Assembly (NCBI GenBank): GCA_963829085.1
Contig: CAWHHJ010000012.1
Span: forward strand, 267,845 to 331,844
DNA: 64,000 nt
Direction of reading: 5' to 3'
DNA from: an uncultured beta proteobacterium
Lineage (GTDB): Bacteria > Pseudomonadota > Gammaproteobacteria > Burkholderiales > SG8-41
The stretch's first letter is position 1. Each line of letters starts with the position of its first letter. The notes beneath the pieces were generated by a model. That model did no database searches. It saw only the letters and a program-made list of their open reading frames with translations, and was not told where the DNA came from. Positions 44,537 through 55,477 of this stretch are shown in pieces. Made by a program: the position numbers and the translations under genes.

Positions 44537-45115
44537 ATGCAATCGCTTTACACCAGACTCTCTGCGCTGATCTTTTGCACAAGTATGTGTAGCGTAGCGT
44601 CAGCGGCAGGCTGTCAAGCCGTGCTGGACCATACTTTTCCCGCCCTTGTGAGCGGCAAGCCTCAATCGCTGTGTGATTTCTCGGGTAAGGTCGTACTCGT
44701 CGTGAATACGGCGAGTGAGTGTGGTTATACGCCGCAGTACGAAGGGCTCGAGGCGCTGTACAAGCGCTACGAAAAGCGCGGACTGGTCGTGGTGGGATTT
44801 CCGTCCAACGATTTCGGCGGCCAGGAGCCGGCGAGCAACAAGCAAGTCGCCCAGTTTTGTCAGCTCAATTACGGTGTAACGTTTCCCATGTTCGAGAAGA
44901 CGACGGTCACCGGTGCCCGGGCAAACGCGCTCTACGCCGATCTCACACGACGCAGCGGTTCGCCGCCGCAGTGGAACTTTCACAAGTATCTGATCGACCG
45001 CGATGGCGGCCGCATCCTGAGCTTCCCATCCGACGTCGCTCCCAAAGATCAGCGACTCACACGTGAGATCGAGCGGTTGCTCGCCGAATCTGGACCGGTG
45101 ATCAAGGCCCCATAA
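44537..45115 (+). CDS. glutathione peroxidase (secreted/periplasmic, Cys-type)
   Basis: 192 aa with a signal peptide. The active site is VVNTASECGYTPQY, with Cys rather than a TGA-encoded Sec. FPSNDFGGQEP and WNFHKYL are also present. Confidence 0.9.
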   Translation: MQSLYTRLSALIFCTSMCSVASAAGCQAVLDHTFPALVSGKPQSLCDFSGKVVLVVNTASECGYTPQYEGLEALYKRYEKRGLVVVGFPSNDFGGQEPASNKQVAQFCQLNYGVTFPMFEKTTVTGARANALYADLTRRSGSPPQWNFHKYLIDRDGGRILSFPSDVAPKDQRLTREIERLLAESGPVIKAP

Positions 45116-45120
45116 AACAA

Positions 45121-45147
45121 AAAGCCCGGTTTTGAACCGGGCTTTTT
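45121..45147. terminator. bidirectional rho-independent terminator
   Basis: 11-bp stem AAAGCCCGGTT (45121-31) / AACCGGGCTTT (45135-45) with a 3-nt loop. It is flanked by an A-run upstream and a T-run downstream, between convergent genes. Confidence 0.75.
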
Positions 45148-45174
45148 ATGAGGTCAGCAGCGGCTTCATACCGG

Positions 45175-45399
45175 TTACGCGCCGTTATGCTTAAAAGTGC
45201 GCTTTAACGCCTCGCGCTTTGACGGGGTGCCTGCAACCAGGCGCTTAATTCCATTGATCGCCCACATGATCGCATCGGTGATCGCGTCCGCATCGCGCAA
45301 CGCATTCAAGGCCATTGTGCGTTGGATGGTGAGCATCGGGATCATATCGAGGCGCCCATTGAGCTCTCCACTTCTGACATTTGCTTTGATTCTACTCAT
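45175..45399 (-). CDS. small hypothetical protein (74 aa)
   Basis: MSRIKANVRSGELNGRLDMIPMLTIQRTMALNALRDADAITDAIMWAINGIKRLVAGTPSKREALKRTFKHNGA. A strong AAGGAGA Shine-Dalgarno lies 5 nt upstream of the ATG, and an AT-rich promoter region follows. No family recognised. Confidence 0.55.
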   Translation of the reverse strand: MSRIKANVRSGELNGRLDMIPMLTIQRTMALNALRDADAITDAIMWAINGIKRLVAGTPSKREALKRTFKHNGA

Positions 45400-45557
45400 G
45401 CTTTTCTCCTTGTTAGTTGCCTACCCTGCCTACCAGGTATTAGCTTTTCTTGATCTACTACTTGGTTTTCAGGTTACACATGATAGACCTGATTCTTCAC
45501 GTTATGTTGCAGTGCACCACATGATATATTGTCATCGTCTCTGATAGAAAAACTAAT

Positions 45558-46527
45558 GTGAGCCCAGCCAATCCGCCCCGCCTGCCGCCGCTGAATGCGC
45601 TAAAGGCGTTTGAGTCGGCCGCGCGCCATCTCAGCCTGAAACGGGCGGCGGAAGAACTGAATGTCACGCCAGCCGCAGTGAGTCACCAAGTGAAGGCACT
45701 GGAAGACTATGTCGGAGTCGCATTATTCCGACGTCTCAACCGCGGCTTAGAACTAACCGCTGCGGCGAGAGCGGCGCTTCCGCAACTGACCGAGGGGTTT
45801 GAAGGTCTGGCCCGCGCGGTCGCGCAGATGCGACCGGAGCTCGATAGCGGGCGCTTAACTGTCAGCGTTGCACCGTCGTTTGCCGCGCGCTGGCTGATGC
45901 CGCGATTGCACCGTTTTTTTGAGCGTCACCCCGACGTCGATGTGCGCATCACGGCCCGCACCCGTCTGCTCAACAGGCGCGGGCAAGACAATGCCGTTGA
46001 GCGGGCGACGGTCGAACACTGGCTCGAAGAGTCGGACGTTGCGATTCTGTACCGGCATGGGGACTATCCCGTCTATCGTGTCGACAAGCTTTTTCCGCTT
46101 ACCCTTGCGCCGATCTGCAGTCCCCAACTCATGCATGGCGAAAATCCGTTGCGGCAGCCGCAGGACCTACAGTCGGCATACGCTGGTACACGATGATACG
46201 GGCACTCGTTACGACGGCATCGCGTTCTGGGATGTGTGGCTCAACGCTGCCGGCGTCGAAGGCGTTGATACCAATCGCGGTCCGCATTTCAGTCAGCCCG
46301 TGCTCGCGCTCGAGGCCGCGAGCGATTCCCTCGGCGTAGTCGCGACCTTTCCCGTTCTCGCGAGTGCAGAACTTGCGGTCGGACGGCTTATTCTGCCTTT
46401 CCAACTGCACGTGCCGCTCGCGTCCGCCTACTACCTCGTATGCCGGGAACGAGCCGCAAAGCGTCCTGCGGTCGAAGGCTTTCGCGATTGGCTGCTTGGC
46501 GAAGCCGCGCAGCAAGCCGCCTACTGA
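45558..46527 (+). pseudogene. LysR-family transcriptional regulator (GcvA/AmpR-like), frame break near 46176
   Basis: The HTH is LNALKAFESAARHLSLKRAAEELNVTPAAVSHQVKALE. ORF 45558..46196 joins ORF 45919..46527 as ...NPLRQPQDLQS|HTLVHDDTGTRYDGIAFWDVWL... Confidence 0.85.
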
Positions 46528-46600
46528 GAGAGCAGTGGCCATGAGGCATAATCGTTGAGCCGTTGCGACGTGCCGCGCGTAACGTTCGAGTGAGGGCGCC

Positions 46601-47968
<1,368 letters not shown>

Positions 47969-48029
47969 GGCGACGATTCAACCGCGCAATTGAGCCGGCC
48001 GTTCACGCTACGAGTACAAGTCCGCCGTT

Positions 48030-49178
48030 ATGACCATCCATCGATTTGCGTTTCCAACCGGCATTCATTTTGGCCCCGGGGCACGGCACGAAGTCGCCGC
48101 CTATCTCAAGGCGCAGGATTGCCGCCGGCCGCTGGTCGTCACCGATGAAGGCATTGCAGCTCTGCCGCTGCTCGCGAAATTTACTGCCACGCTTGGCGGC
48201 CTTGGGGTGGATGTTTTTTCCGGTGTGCGCGGCAATCCCGTGCGAAGTCAGGTGATTGCCGGCGTTGCCGCTTTCAAAGCGCATGGCGCAGACTCGGTCA
48301 TCGGGATCGGTGGCGGCGCCGCCCTCGATGTTGCAAAAGTAATTGCACTCATGTCCAACCACGCGGGCGATGTGCTCGAATATGCGTGGGATCATCCGCA
48401 AGTGCGCCCGATCAGCGGCGAGCTGCCGTGCTTTGTCGCACTACCGACGACTGCCGGCACCGGCAGCGAAGTAGGTCGTTCGAGCGTTATCTCCGATGAC
48501 GAAACGCATATCAAGAAGATTATTTTTTCGTCGAAGCTGCTGGCGAGAGCGGTCTTTGCGGATCCGGAACTCACCCTCGATCTGCCCGCCCACGTGACGG
48601 CAGCAACCGGCATGGATGCGCTCACGCACAACGTGGAGTCATATATCGCCAGGGGCTATCACCCGATGTGTGACGGTATCGCGCTCGAAGGCGTGCGTAT
48701 CGCGGCGCGTGCACTGCCGGTCGCAGTAGCGAAGCCGCATAATCTTCAAGCGCGATCGGACATGCTGATGGCGTCGATGATGGGTGCGGTCGCTTTTCAA
48801 AAAGATCTCGGCGCGACGCACTCATGTGCGCACGCGCTGTCGACGGTCGCTGACCTTCACCACGGTCTCGCGAACGGCATCATGATCGATTACGTCATGC
48901 GCTTTAACGAGCCGGCGGAACAAGAGCGATTCGCGCGCATGGCCGAAGCCGTGGGCGTCACAGGGAAAACGACGCAGGCGGCCGCCGCAGCTTTCGTCGA
49001 GTGGCTTACCGCGCTCAAACGAAATATAGGCATACCATCGAAGCTTGGCGCCGTGAAAGTTACCTCGGCACAGCTGCCGAAGCTGCTCGATGTCGCCGTG
49101 AACGATATCTGCCACAAGACAAATCCGCGGGCTTGCACACGCGCGGATTTCGAACGCATCTTCCAGGCGGCGCTGTAA
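48030..49178 (+). CDS. iron-containing (group III) alcohol dehydrogenase
   Basis: 382 aa with GIGGGAALDVAK and metal-ligand histidines in MDALTHNVE and HSCAHALS...HGLANG. Confidence 0.9.
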   Translation: MTIHRFAFPTGIHFGPGARHEVAAYLKAQDCRRPLVVTDEGIAALPLLAKFTATLGGLGVDVFSGVRGNPVRSQVIAGVAAFKAHGADSVIGIGGGAALDVAKVIALMSNHAGDVLEYAWDHPQVRPISGELPCFVALPTTAGTGSEVGRSSVISDDETHIKKIIFSSKLLARAVFADPELTLDLPAHVTAATGMDALTHNVESYIARGYHPMCDGIALEGVRIAARALPVAVAKPHNLQARSDMLMASMMGAVAFQKDLGATHSCAHALSTVADLHHGLANGIMIDYVMRFNEPAEQERFARMAEAVGVTGKTTQAAAAAFVEWLTALKRNIGIPSKLGAVKVTSAQLPKLLDVAVNDICHKTNPRACTRADFERIFQAAL

Positions 49179-49182
49179 TTCA

Positions 49183-49959
49183 ATGGCGGCGCTCAAAATC
49201 GGCGTGTCGGCGCGTCTTTTCCATCCGGACGCGTCGAGTACGGCGGTGAACAGCAAGACATTGCAGTATCTCGAGCAATCGATGGCGCACTGGATCATGG
49301 CGCGTGATGCGCTGGTGTTCATGATTCCATCGGTGGACAAAGGCGGCATCATCCACCGCAGCAATGTGCGCATCGCCGATTACGTTCGTCATTTGGATGG
49401 ATTGATACTTCAGGGCGGCGCCGATCTGGCGCCCGAAACGTATCGCGAGCAACCGCTCGAGCCTGCATGGTGCGGCGATCGCATTCGCGACGAGTATGAG
49501 CTCGAAGTGCTGCATGAGTTCATGCAAGCCGATAAGCCGGTGCTGGGCATCTGTCGCGGTGCTCAGCTCATCAACGTCGCGATGGGCGGCACGCTTTATC
49601 AGGACATCAAATTACAGGTTCCAGCCGCGCTCGGCCACCGCGCGCCGGACGCTTACGAAAAGAATTTCCATAAGATCAAAATCGAGCCGGAGTCGGGCCT
49701 TGCGCGGATGTATGGCAGCGTCCGCAACGGCACCGTGAATTCAATCCACCATCAATCCATCAAGGCATTGGGAAGCGACCTCGTCGTTGAAGCGTACGCG
49801 GAACCGGATGGCATTATCGAGGCGATTCGCTGGGAGGGCCCCGGATATGTGTTTGGCGTGCAATGGCACCCGGAGTTTCTGGATCCCGCGGATCAAACCG
49901 TCCTGAGTCCCATGCCGATATTGGATGAATTTGTCGGCGCCGTGCGCGCCCGCATGTAG
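49183..49959 (+). CDS. gamma-glutamyl-gamma-aminobutyrate-hydrolase-family amidohydrolase (PuuD-like, peptidase C26)
   Basis: 258 aa. LILQGGADL...PVLGICRGAQLINVAMGGTLYQDI...VNSIHHQ...FGVQWHPE is the class-I GATase Cys-His-Glu fold. Confidence 0.85.
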   Translation: MAALKIGVSARLFHPDASSTAVNSKTLQYLEQSMAHWIMARDALVFMIPSVDKGGIIHRSNVRIADYVRHLDGLILQGGADLAPETYREQPLEPAWCGDRIRDEYELEVLHEFMQADKPVLGICRGAQLINVAMGGTLYQDIKLQVPAALGHRAPDAYEKNFHKIKIEPESGLARMYGSVRNGTVNSIHHQSIKALGSDLVVEAYAEPDGIIEAIRWEGPGYVFGVQWHPEFLDPADQTVLSPMPILDEFVGAVRARM

Positions 49960-49965
49960 CGACGC

Positions 49966-51337
49966 ATGAGGATTTTAAATCCAGCGACGAATGCGCCGAT
50001 TGCGACGGTAAAGCACGATACGGCGGCGACGGTGAGAAACAAATACCGCGCCGCGCGCGCAGCGCAAGGCAAGTGGGCGCAATTGCCATGTGAGCAGCGC
50101 ATCGACGTGATACGTCGATTTCGCGACCGGATCGTGGCGCGACGTGAAGACCTGGCGAGGACGCTGACGAGCGAGGTCGGCAAGCCGCTCACGCAAGCGC
50201 GTAATGAGTTGAACGGCGTGCTCGGGCGGATCGATTTCTTCATTGAGCATGCCGCTGCCGTTCTTGCGCGAGAAAGTCGTGCTTGCGGACCCTGCCGCGA
50301 GACTCGAAGAGAAGATTTCACACGAACCGCTCGGCGTAATCGCGAATATCTCTGCATGGAATTACCCCTACTTTGTAGGGACGAATGTGTTCGTGCCAGC
50401 GTTGATTGCGGGTAATTCAGTTCTGTATAAGCCATCCGAATTCGCGACGCTGACCGGCATCGAGATTGCGAAGATGCTGCACGCGTCGGGCGTACCCGAA
50501 GACGTGTTTGCGCCGGTCATCGGCACCGGTGAAGTCGGGGCCGACCTCGTGAAGCAGCCCGTCGATGCCATATTTTTTACGGGCTCCTATGGTACCGGAC
50601 ATAAAATCGCCGCGGCTGCCGGCAAACGCATGATCAAGGTACAGCTCGAGCTGGGCGGCAAGGACCCTGCGTATGTGTGTGACGATGCGGACATCGAAGC
50701 CGCAGCGGCGTCACTCGCGGACGGCGCTTTCTATAACACCGGTCAAAGCTGTTGTTCTGTCGAGCGTATCTACGTGCAAGCAAGCATTTATCCGCGATTT
50801 ACTGCGGCATTCGTAGATGCAGTGCGCGGGTTCAAGGTTGGGGAGCCGCTGAACGAGGCGACTTACATCGGGCCGCTGACGCGCAGAGCTCAATTGACCG
50901 TGCTGCGCAGGCAGGTCGCGGATGCCAAGCGCAAGGGCGCAAAGGTGCTTCTTGGCGGCAAACCCCTTACGCGCAAGGGCAACTATTTCGCCCCGACCGT
51001 TCTGCGCGATGTAAACCACACGATGGAGGTTATGCGCGAAGAAAGTTTTGGCCCCATCATCGGCATACAGTGCGTGACGAACGATGCGCATGCGGTCGAG
51101 CTCATGAACGATACTGCATATGGACTGACGGCCGCCGTGTATGCGGGCGACAAAGCACGCGCCACGAACATTCTTGCGCAGACGAGTTCGGGCTCCGCAT
51201 ATTGGAATTGCTGTGATCGCGTCAGTCCCCGTTTGCCATGGGCAGGCGTCGGACATTCGGGCATCGGCGTTACGCTCTCGACCTATGGCATTGAGACGTT
51301 TACCCGCACGCGCGGCTGGCATCTGCGTAGCGCGTGA
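49966..51337 (+). pseudogene. NAD(P)-dependent aldehyde dehydrogenase, frame break near 50269
   Basis: ORF 49966..50415 joins ORF 50243..51337 as ...RIDFFIEHAAAVLA|EKVVLADPAARLEEKISHEPLGVIANISAWNYP... The catalytic motifs ELGGKDP and GQSCCSVERIY are intact. Confidence 0.9.
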
Positions 51338-51433
51338 GAGATATATAAAAACTTCATGCTCGAACGCACGACGGGGCAATAGCGCTGGCAAAATGCGGGC
51401 AATGGCAGCAGCCGCCGCATCAATGGAGTTTGT

Positions 51434-52192
51434 ATGGAGTTGCTCACTGATCCACACGCGTGGATTGCGCTTGTCACGCTTACTGCCCTCGAAATCGTTC
51501 TTGGCATCGACAACATAATCTTCATATCCATACTCGTCGGACGCTTACCGCCGCATCAACGTAATCGCGGACGCGTGCTCGGTCTGGCGCTGGCGTTGAC
51601 GACGCGAATAGCCCTCTTGCTGTCGCTCGCCTGGATCATGACGCTTACCGATGCGCTCTTCACCGTTGGCGGCCGCGATGTTTCCGGGCGGGATCTCATT
51701 CTGATCGGCGGCGGGCTTTTTCTGCTGTGGAAAAGTGTTCACGAGATCCATAACTCGCTTGAGGGCGCACACGAGGAAGATACCGCGGTAGCCGCCAGTT
51801 TCGGCGCGGTGCTCGTCCAGATAGCGGTTATCGACATCGTGTTTTCACTGGATTCGGTCATCACCGCCGTAGGCATGGTCGATGAAGTGAAGATCATGAT
51901 TGCCGCAATTGTGATCGCAGTGCTGCTCATGATGGTTGCCGCCAAGTCGATCAGCGACTTCGTCGATCAGCGTCCCACGATCAAGATGCTTGCGCTCTCC
52001 TTTCTCATCATGGTCGGATTGGCCCTTATCGCGGACGGTTTTGGACTGCACGTGCCGAAGGGCTATATCTACTTCGCAATGGCATTTTCGGTAGCAGTCG
52101 AATTGCTGAATTTAAAGATGCGCAAGCGCGCGGCGCGCCACGCATCGACGTTGAAACTGCATAAGACGATGTCTGCAGCCGAGAAAAAGTAG
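51434..52192 (+). CDS. TerC-family integral membrane protein
   Basis: 252 aa. LEIVLGIDNIIFISIL... and a second half ...FSLDSVITAVGM are the duplicated TerC signature. Confidence 0.9.
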   Translation: MELLTDPHAWIALVTLTALEIVLGIDNIIFISILVGRLPPHQRNRGRVLGLALALTTRIALLLSLAWIMTLTDALFTVGGRDVSGRDLILIGGGLFLLWKSVHEIHNSLEGAHEEDTAVAASFGAVLVQIAVIDIVFSLDSVITAVGMVDEVKIMIAAIVIAVLLMMVAAKSISDFVDQRPTIKMLALSFLIMVGLALIADGFGLHVPKGYIYFAMAFSVAVELLNLKMRKRAARHASTLKLHKTMSAAEKK

Positions 52193-52220
52193 TGCCGTTG
52201 CGCGGCATGGAAGCGCAAAC

Positions 52221-53034
52221 GTGACGGGCGGCCGCCGTTACACGGACATTATTCGCGCGTCGCAAAGATTCGACGCTTCGTCGCATATACCTTTTTGTAT
52301 AGCGGGCCACCATATCGGCTGGCTGCGAAAAGCGCACGCGCAGCGACTGATGGCATGGCCTGATGTCTTCAGGCGCGATAACGATGGCGTCCATATCAAG
52401 GAAACGCTGCAGACGGTCGACGTGCGTTCCGGTGCGGTGGATGCGGTCATACACGCCTTGTACGCGAAGGGGGAGATATCCGGCTGGCGCAACGAGCGCT
52501 ATGCGGTAGTCACGGCGTTCGATGCAGAGCCGCTAATGACTGTGGAGCGCGCCGCGGCGCGCTACTTTGGCATCACGACATACGCGGCGCACGCGAATGG
52601 CTACTGCGGCGAAGGTGTGGACGGCGTGATGTGGATTGCGCGCCGTGCCGCCACCAAGCCGATCGATCCCGGCAAGCTCGACAATCTGGTTGGCGGTGGC
52701 ATGTGTGCCGGTGTTGCGCCTCTGGATACCATTGTTAGAGAAGCGTGGGAAGAAGCCGGCATCGCCGCCGACATCGCACGTAGAGCGGTGGCTACTGGAA
52801 CCGTACGATTGCTGCGTGAAGTGCCTGAAGGCGTGCAGTCGGAGGTCATCTTCGTACACGATCTCGAAGTGCCGCGCGATTTCGAACCCCACAATCAGGA
52901 CGGTGAAGTTGCGGAATTTATGTGCGTGAAAACTTACAGCGCTCGCCGATATGCTGAATGAGGGCGCCGAATTTACGCTCGATGCGAGTCTTGTCATCCG
53001 CATGTTTTTGGATCGCGGTCGAGACATCGGATAA
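52221..53034 (+). pseudogene. NUDIX hydrolase (DUF4743-NUDIX type), frame break in the A-run at 52929-52932
   Basis: The NUDIX box is GGGMCAGVAPLDTIVREAWEEAGI. After ...EVAEFMCVK the conserved C-terminus LTALADMLNEGAEFTLDASLVIRMFLDRGRDIG* is read in the +1 frame (TAA 53032-34). Confidence 0.75.
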
Positions 53035-53179
53035 GAAAGCGCCGTGCGGCCGCATCGCCGCACGCATGTCTAAGCGCATGAATGCGCCGCGCTTCGACGG
53101 AATCAGCTTGAGTCCGACAGACGCGCGTTGGCGGCGGTCCCATCATGGGTGCTCTCAACAACAACCGTAGGAGTGCCGA

Positions 53180-53569
53180 GTGGGAATCTTCAGCAACATC
53201 ATGAGCAAGATCTTTCCATCCAACCATCCGGCGGTGACGACTGCAGGGGAAACTGCGGCGCCGTCTGCAACTGTGGCTTCGCCCGGCGGCGCCACCGCTG
53301 CCGCGGCACCGGAGGTCGATGTGCAGGCGGTATTGAATGGCATGGCCCAAAAGCACAGCGAGAAACTGAACTGGCGCACATCAATCGTTGATCTGATGAA
53401 ACTGCTCGGGCTCGACAGCAGCCTTACGGCCAGGAAGTCGCTCGCCGGAGAGCTCAAATACACCGGCGACATGAATGATTCGGCGAGCATGAATATCTGG
53501 CTGCATAAGCAGGTCATGCGAAAGCTCGCCGAGAATGGTGGCAAAGTTCCAGAGGATCTGAAGAGTTAA
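53180..53569 (+). CDS. DUF3597 domain protein
   Basis: 129 aa with N-terminal MGIFSNIMSKIF, an Ala/Pro-rich linker, and a conserved C-terminal domain LNWRTSIVDLMKLLGLDSSLTARKSLAGEL...NIWLHKQVM. Confidence 0.75.
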   Translation: MGIFSNIMSKIFPSNHPAVTTAGETAAPSATVASPGGATAAAAPEVDVQAVLNGMAQKHSEKLNWRTSIVDLMKLLGLDSSLTARKSLAGELKYTGDMNDSASMNIWLHKQVMRKLAENGGKVPEDLKS

Positions 53570-53612
53570 TGTGATTGCATGCCGTGCGTTTAGCGTTCCC
53601 ACGCTTTGCGCT

Positions 53613-54449
53613 TTAATCGCATTTATGTGATTCCATGCTGCGACGAATGCGGGTTTCGGATGAACGTGTAAGCGGTGTTGCGTAATTCAAAATGCTGAGC
53701 CGTGCTTCGTTCGCGGACACTATGCCTGAAGCGCCGTCCGGCTTCGCTGAGTTGATGGCTACGATGACATCGCCCTTATCAGCCGTTTGCAGCGTAACCG
53801 GACCGCCATATTGTCCTTCCGTGATCGAGCACGCCATTCGCCAGCGACGATCGCGATCGACGCGCGCGAACCGGCACCCGATGTGGGCCACCAGCCCCGA
53901 TTGTTCTCCCGGATAGCCGGACGCGATAAGGTCCTTATCGCCAAGCGCGGCAGGCGCGGCGGCCGCGAATTCCATGTAGCCGACTTTCTCGCCGAGATTG
54001 TCGCTTTTGCCCGTTTTGGGATTCACGAGCCTCACGAGCGCCCAATCGTCAACAGTATCTCGATCCGCCCATAAGCTGCCCGCATCGACGATCTGCCCGA
54101 GTGCGGTGTATTGGAAACTGGCGATTTTCTTAGGCGTTTGTCCGGCCTCGAAGGCAACTTCGTTGCGGCTGCCTTCGAACGCGATGTGATAATTGGTCAG
54201 GACATGGCACCGCGAGATCATCGCGCCGGAACTTCTGTACTTACTCATCATCATGTTGCCGTCGCCTGCAGCAAGCGGAAAAACCATGCCAACGGCGTTG
54301 AACTGCCGATATTCGGGATGGAGGCGGTCTATGACGACGCGTGGATCGGTGATTTGCGGCACTTGCGCACCGCATGTCGCAGAGAATTCGAATAGCGCCA
54401 GAAGCGCGATGACGTCGAGCGGATAGCGAGTCCGCGCCGTACGCCGCAT
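53613..54449 (-). CDS. secreted trypsin-fold (S1-like) protein lacking the catalytic serine
   Basis: 278 aa with a signal peptide. His context CHVLTNYHI and Asp context DDWALVRL are present. The nucleophile motif reads EGQYGGP, with Tyr encoded by TAT (plus-strand ATA at 53808-53810), where GDSGGP is expected. Confidence 0.7.
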   Translation of the reverse strand: MRRTARTRYPLDVIALLALFEFSATCGAQVPQITDPRVVIDRLHPEYRQFNAVGMVFPLAAGDGNMMMSKYRSSGAMISRCHVLTNYHIAFEGSRNEVAFEAGQTPKKIASFQYTALGQIVDAGSLWADRDTVDDWALVRLVNPKTGKSDNLGEKVGYMEFAAAAPAALGDKDLIASGYPGEQSGLVAHIGCRFARVDRDRRWRMACSITEGQYGGPVTLQTADKGDVIVAINSAKPDGASGIVSANEARLSILNYATPLTRSSETRIRRSMESHKCD

Positions 54450-54483
54450 TTATCGAGCGGTTTGCAACTGGCGCTTTGAATGG

Positions 54484-55368
54484 CTACTCTTCATGCGCGA
54501 GCATACGAATGATGTAGCCGCCCGACTTTTCATCGCGTTCAAGATTGACCAGGTGCTTTGCCGCGGCTTCCTCCAGCAGCTTGTTGAATGAGCGATAACC
54601 GTAATACGCCTCGTTGAAACCCGGTTTTCGCCGCTTCAGCGCCTGTTTCACCATCGAGCCCCAGATTTTTTCGTCATCCCCGCGTTCGCTACCGAGGGCC
54701 TCGATGGTCTGCAGGATCAGCTCGAGGGCCTCCTGTTTTTTGTCCTCATCGCTTTTCTTCGACTCCGGCTCTGCCGCTGGTACAGGGGGCGCCGCCGTTG
54801 AGGCAGCCGCGGCAGACGGAGCCGGTGACGAAGCAGCGTCAGCCTTGGGTGCCGCAGCTTTCTTGGCGGGAGCCCGCCGGCGCGCCGGCTTCTCACGCAC
54901 GAGGTCGTCGTAGAAAATGAATTCGTCGCAGTTCGCGATCAGCAGATCGGACGTTGAATTCTTGACGCCGACACCAATTACTGTTTTGTCGTTCTCACGC
55001 AGTTTACTGACCAACGGTGAAAAGTCTGAATCGCCGCTGATAATGACGAACGTGTCGACATGCGATTTCGTATAGCAGAGGTCCAGCGCGTCGACGACCA
55101 TGCGAATGTCCGCGGAGTTCTTGCCCGACATGCGCACGTGAGGAATTTCGATTAATTCGAACGACGCCTCGTGCATGGCGCCCTTGAAGCCCTTGTAGCG
55201 GTCCCAGTCGCAATACGCTTTCTTGACCACGATGCTGCCTTTGAGCAACAGCCGATCCAGTACCTTGTCGATGTCGAACTTCGCGTATTTTGCGTCGGCC
55301 ACGCCGAGCGCGACGTTTTCGAAATCGCAAAAAAGCGCCATGTTGGTGATTTCGGCTTGTGCAGCCAT
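54484..55368 (-). CDS. NYN (LabA-like) domain protein with C-terminal OST-HTH/LOTUS domain
   Basis: 294 aa. The NYN core is ALFCDFENV...GKNSADIRMVVDALD...FVIISGDSDFSPLVSKLRE. An Ala/Pro/Lys-rich linker follows, then the LOTUS-like segment IWGSMVKQALKRRKPGFNEAYYGYRSFNKLLEEA. Confidence 0.85.
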   Translation of the reverse strand: MAAQAEITNMALFCDFENVALGVADAKYAKFDIDKVLDRLLLKGSIVVKKAYCDWDRYKGFKGAMHEASFELIEIPHVRMSGKNSADIRMVVDALDLCYTKSHVDTFVIISGDSDFSPLVSKLRENDKTVIGVGVKNSTSDLLIANCDEFIFYDDLVREKPARRRAPAKKAAAPKADAASSPAPSAAAASTAAPPVPAAEPESKKSDEDKKQEALELILQTIEALGSERGDDEKIWGSMVKQALKRRKPGFNEAYYGYRSFNKLLEEAAAKHLVNLERDEKSGGYIIRMLAHEE

Positions 55369-55454
55369 GCATTACTCCGTTTTAATTTGGCGCGTTGAGA
55401 AGGACATTGGAAGCGCGGGCGTATTGTACGCGCCGCGGCACAGCTTGTCGCAAT

Positions 55455-55474
55455 GATGCGCCCGGCGGCGCATC
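55455..55474 (-). terminator. GC hairpin immediately 3' of the phn operon's last gene (possible terminator, no U-tract)
   Basis: GATGCGCC (55455-62) / GGCGCATC (55467-74) with a 4-nt loop, 3 nt after the stop at 55478-80. There is no following U-run on the minus strand. Confidence 0.3.
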
Positions 55475-55477
55475 GCG

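Noticed and set aside
51338-51433. yybP-ykoY (Mn2+) riboswitch upstream of the TerC-family gene.
   Set aside because: ACGGGGCAAUAGCGC is only a loose resemblance to what I recall of the conserved GGGGAGUAG loop. I could not find the second conserved half or convincing paired stems. The region is short (96 nt). A covariance-model search would be needed to revive this.
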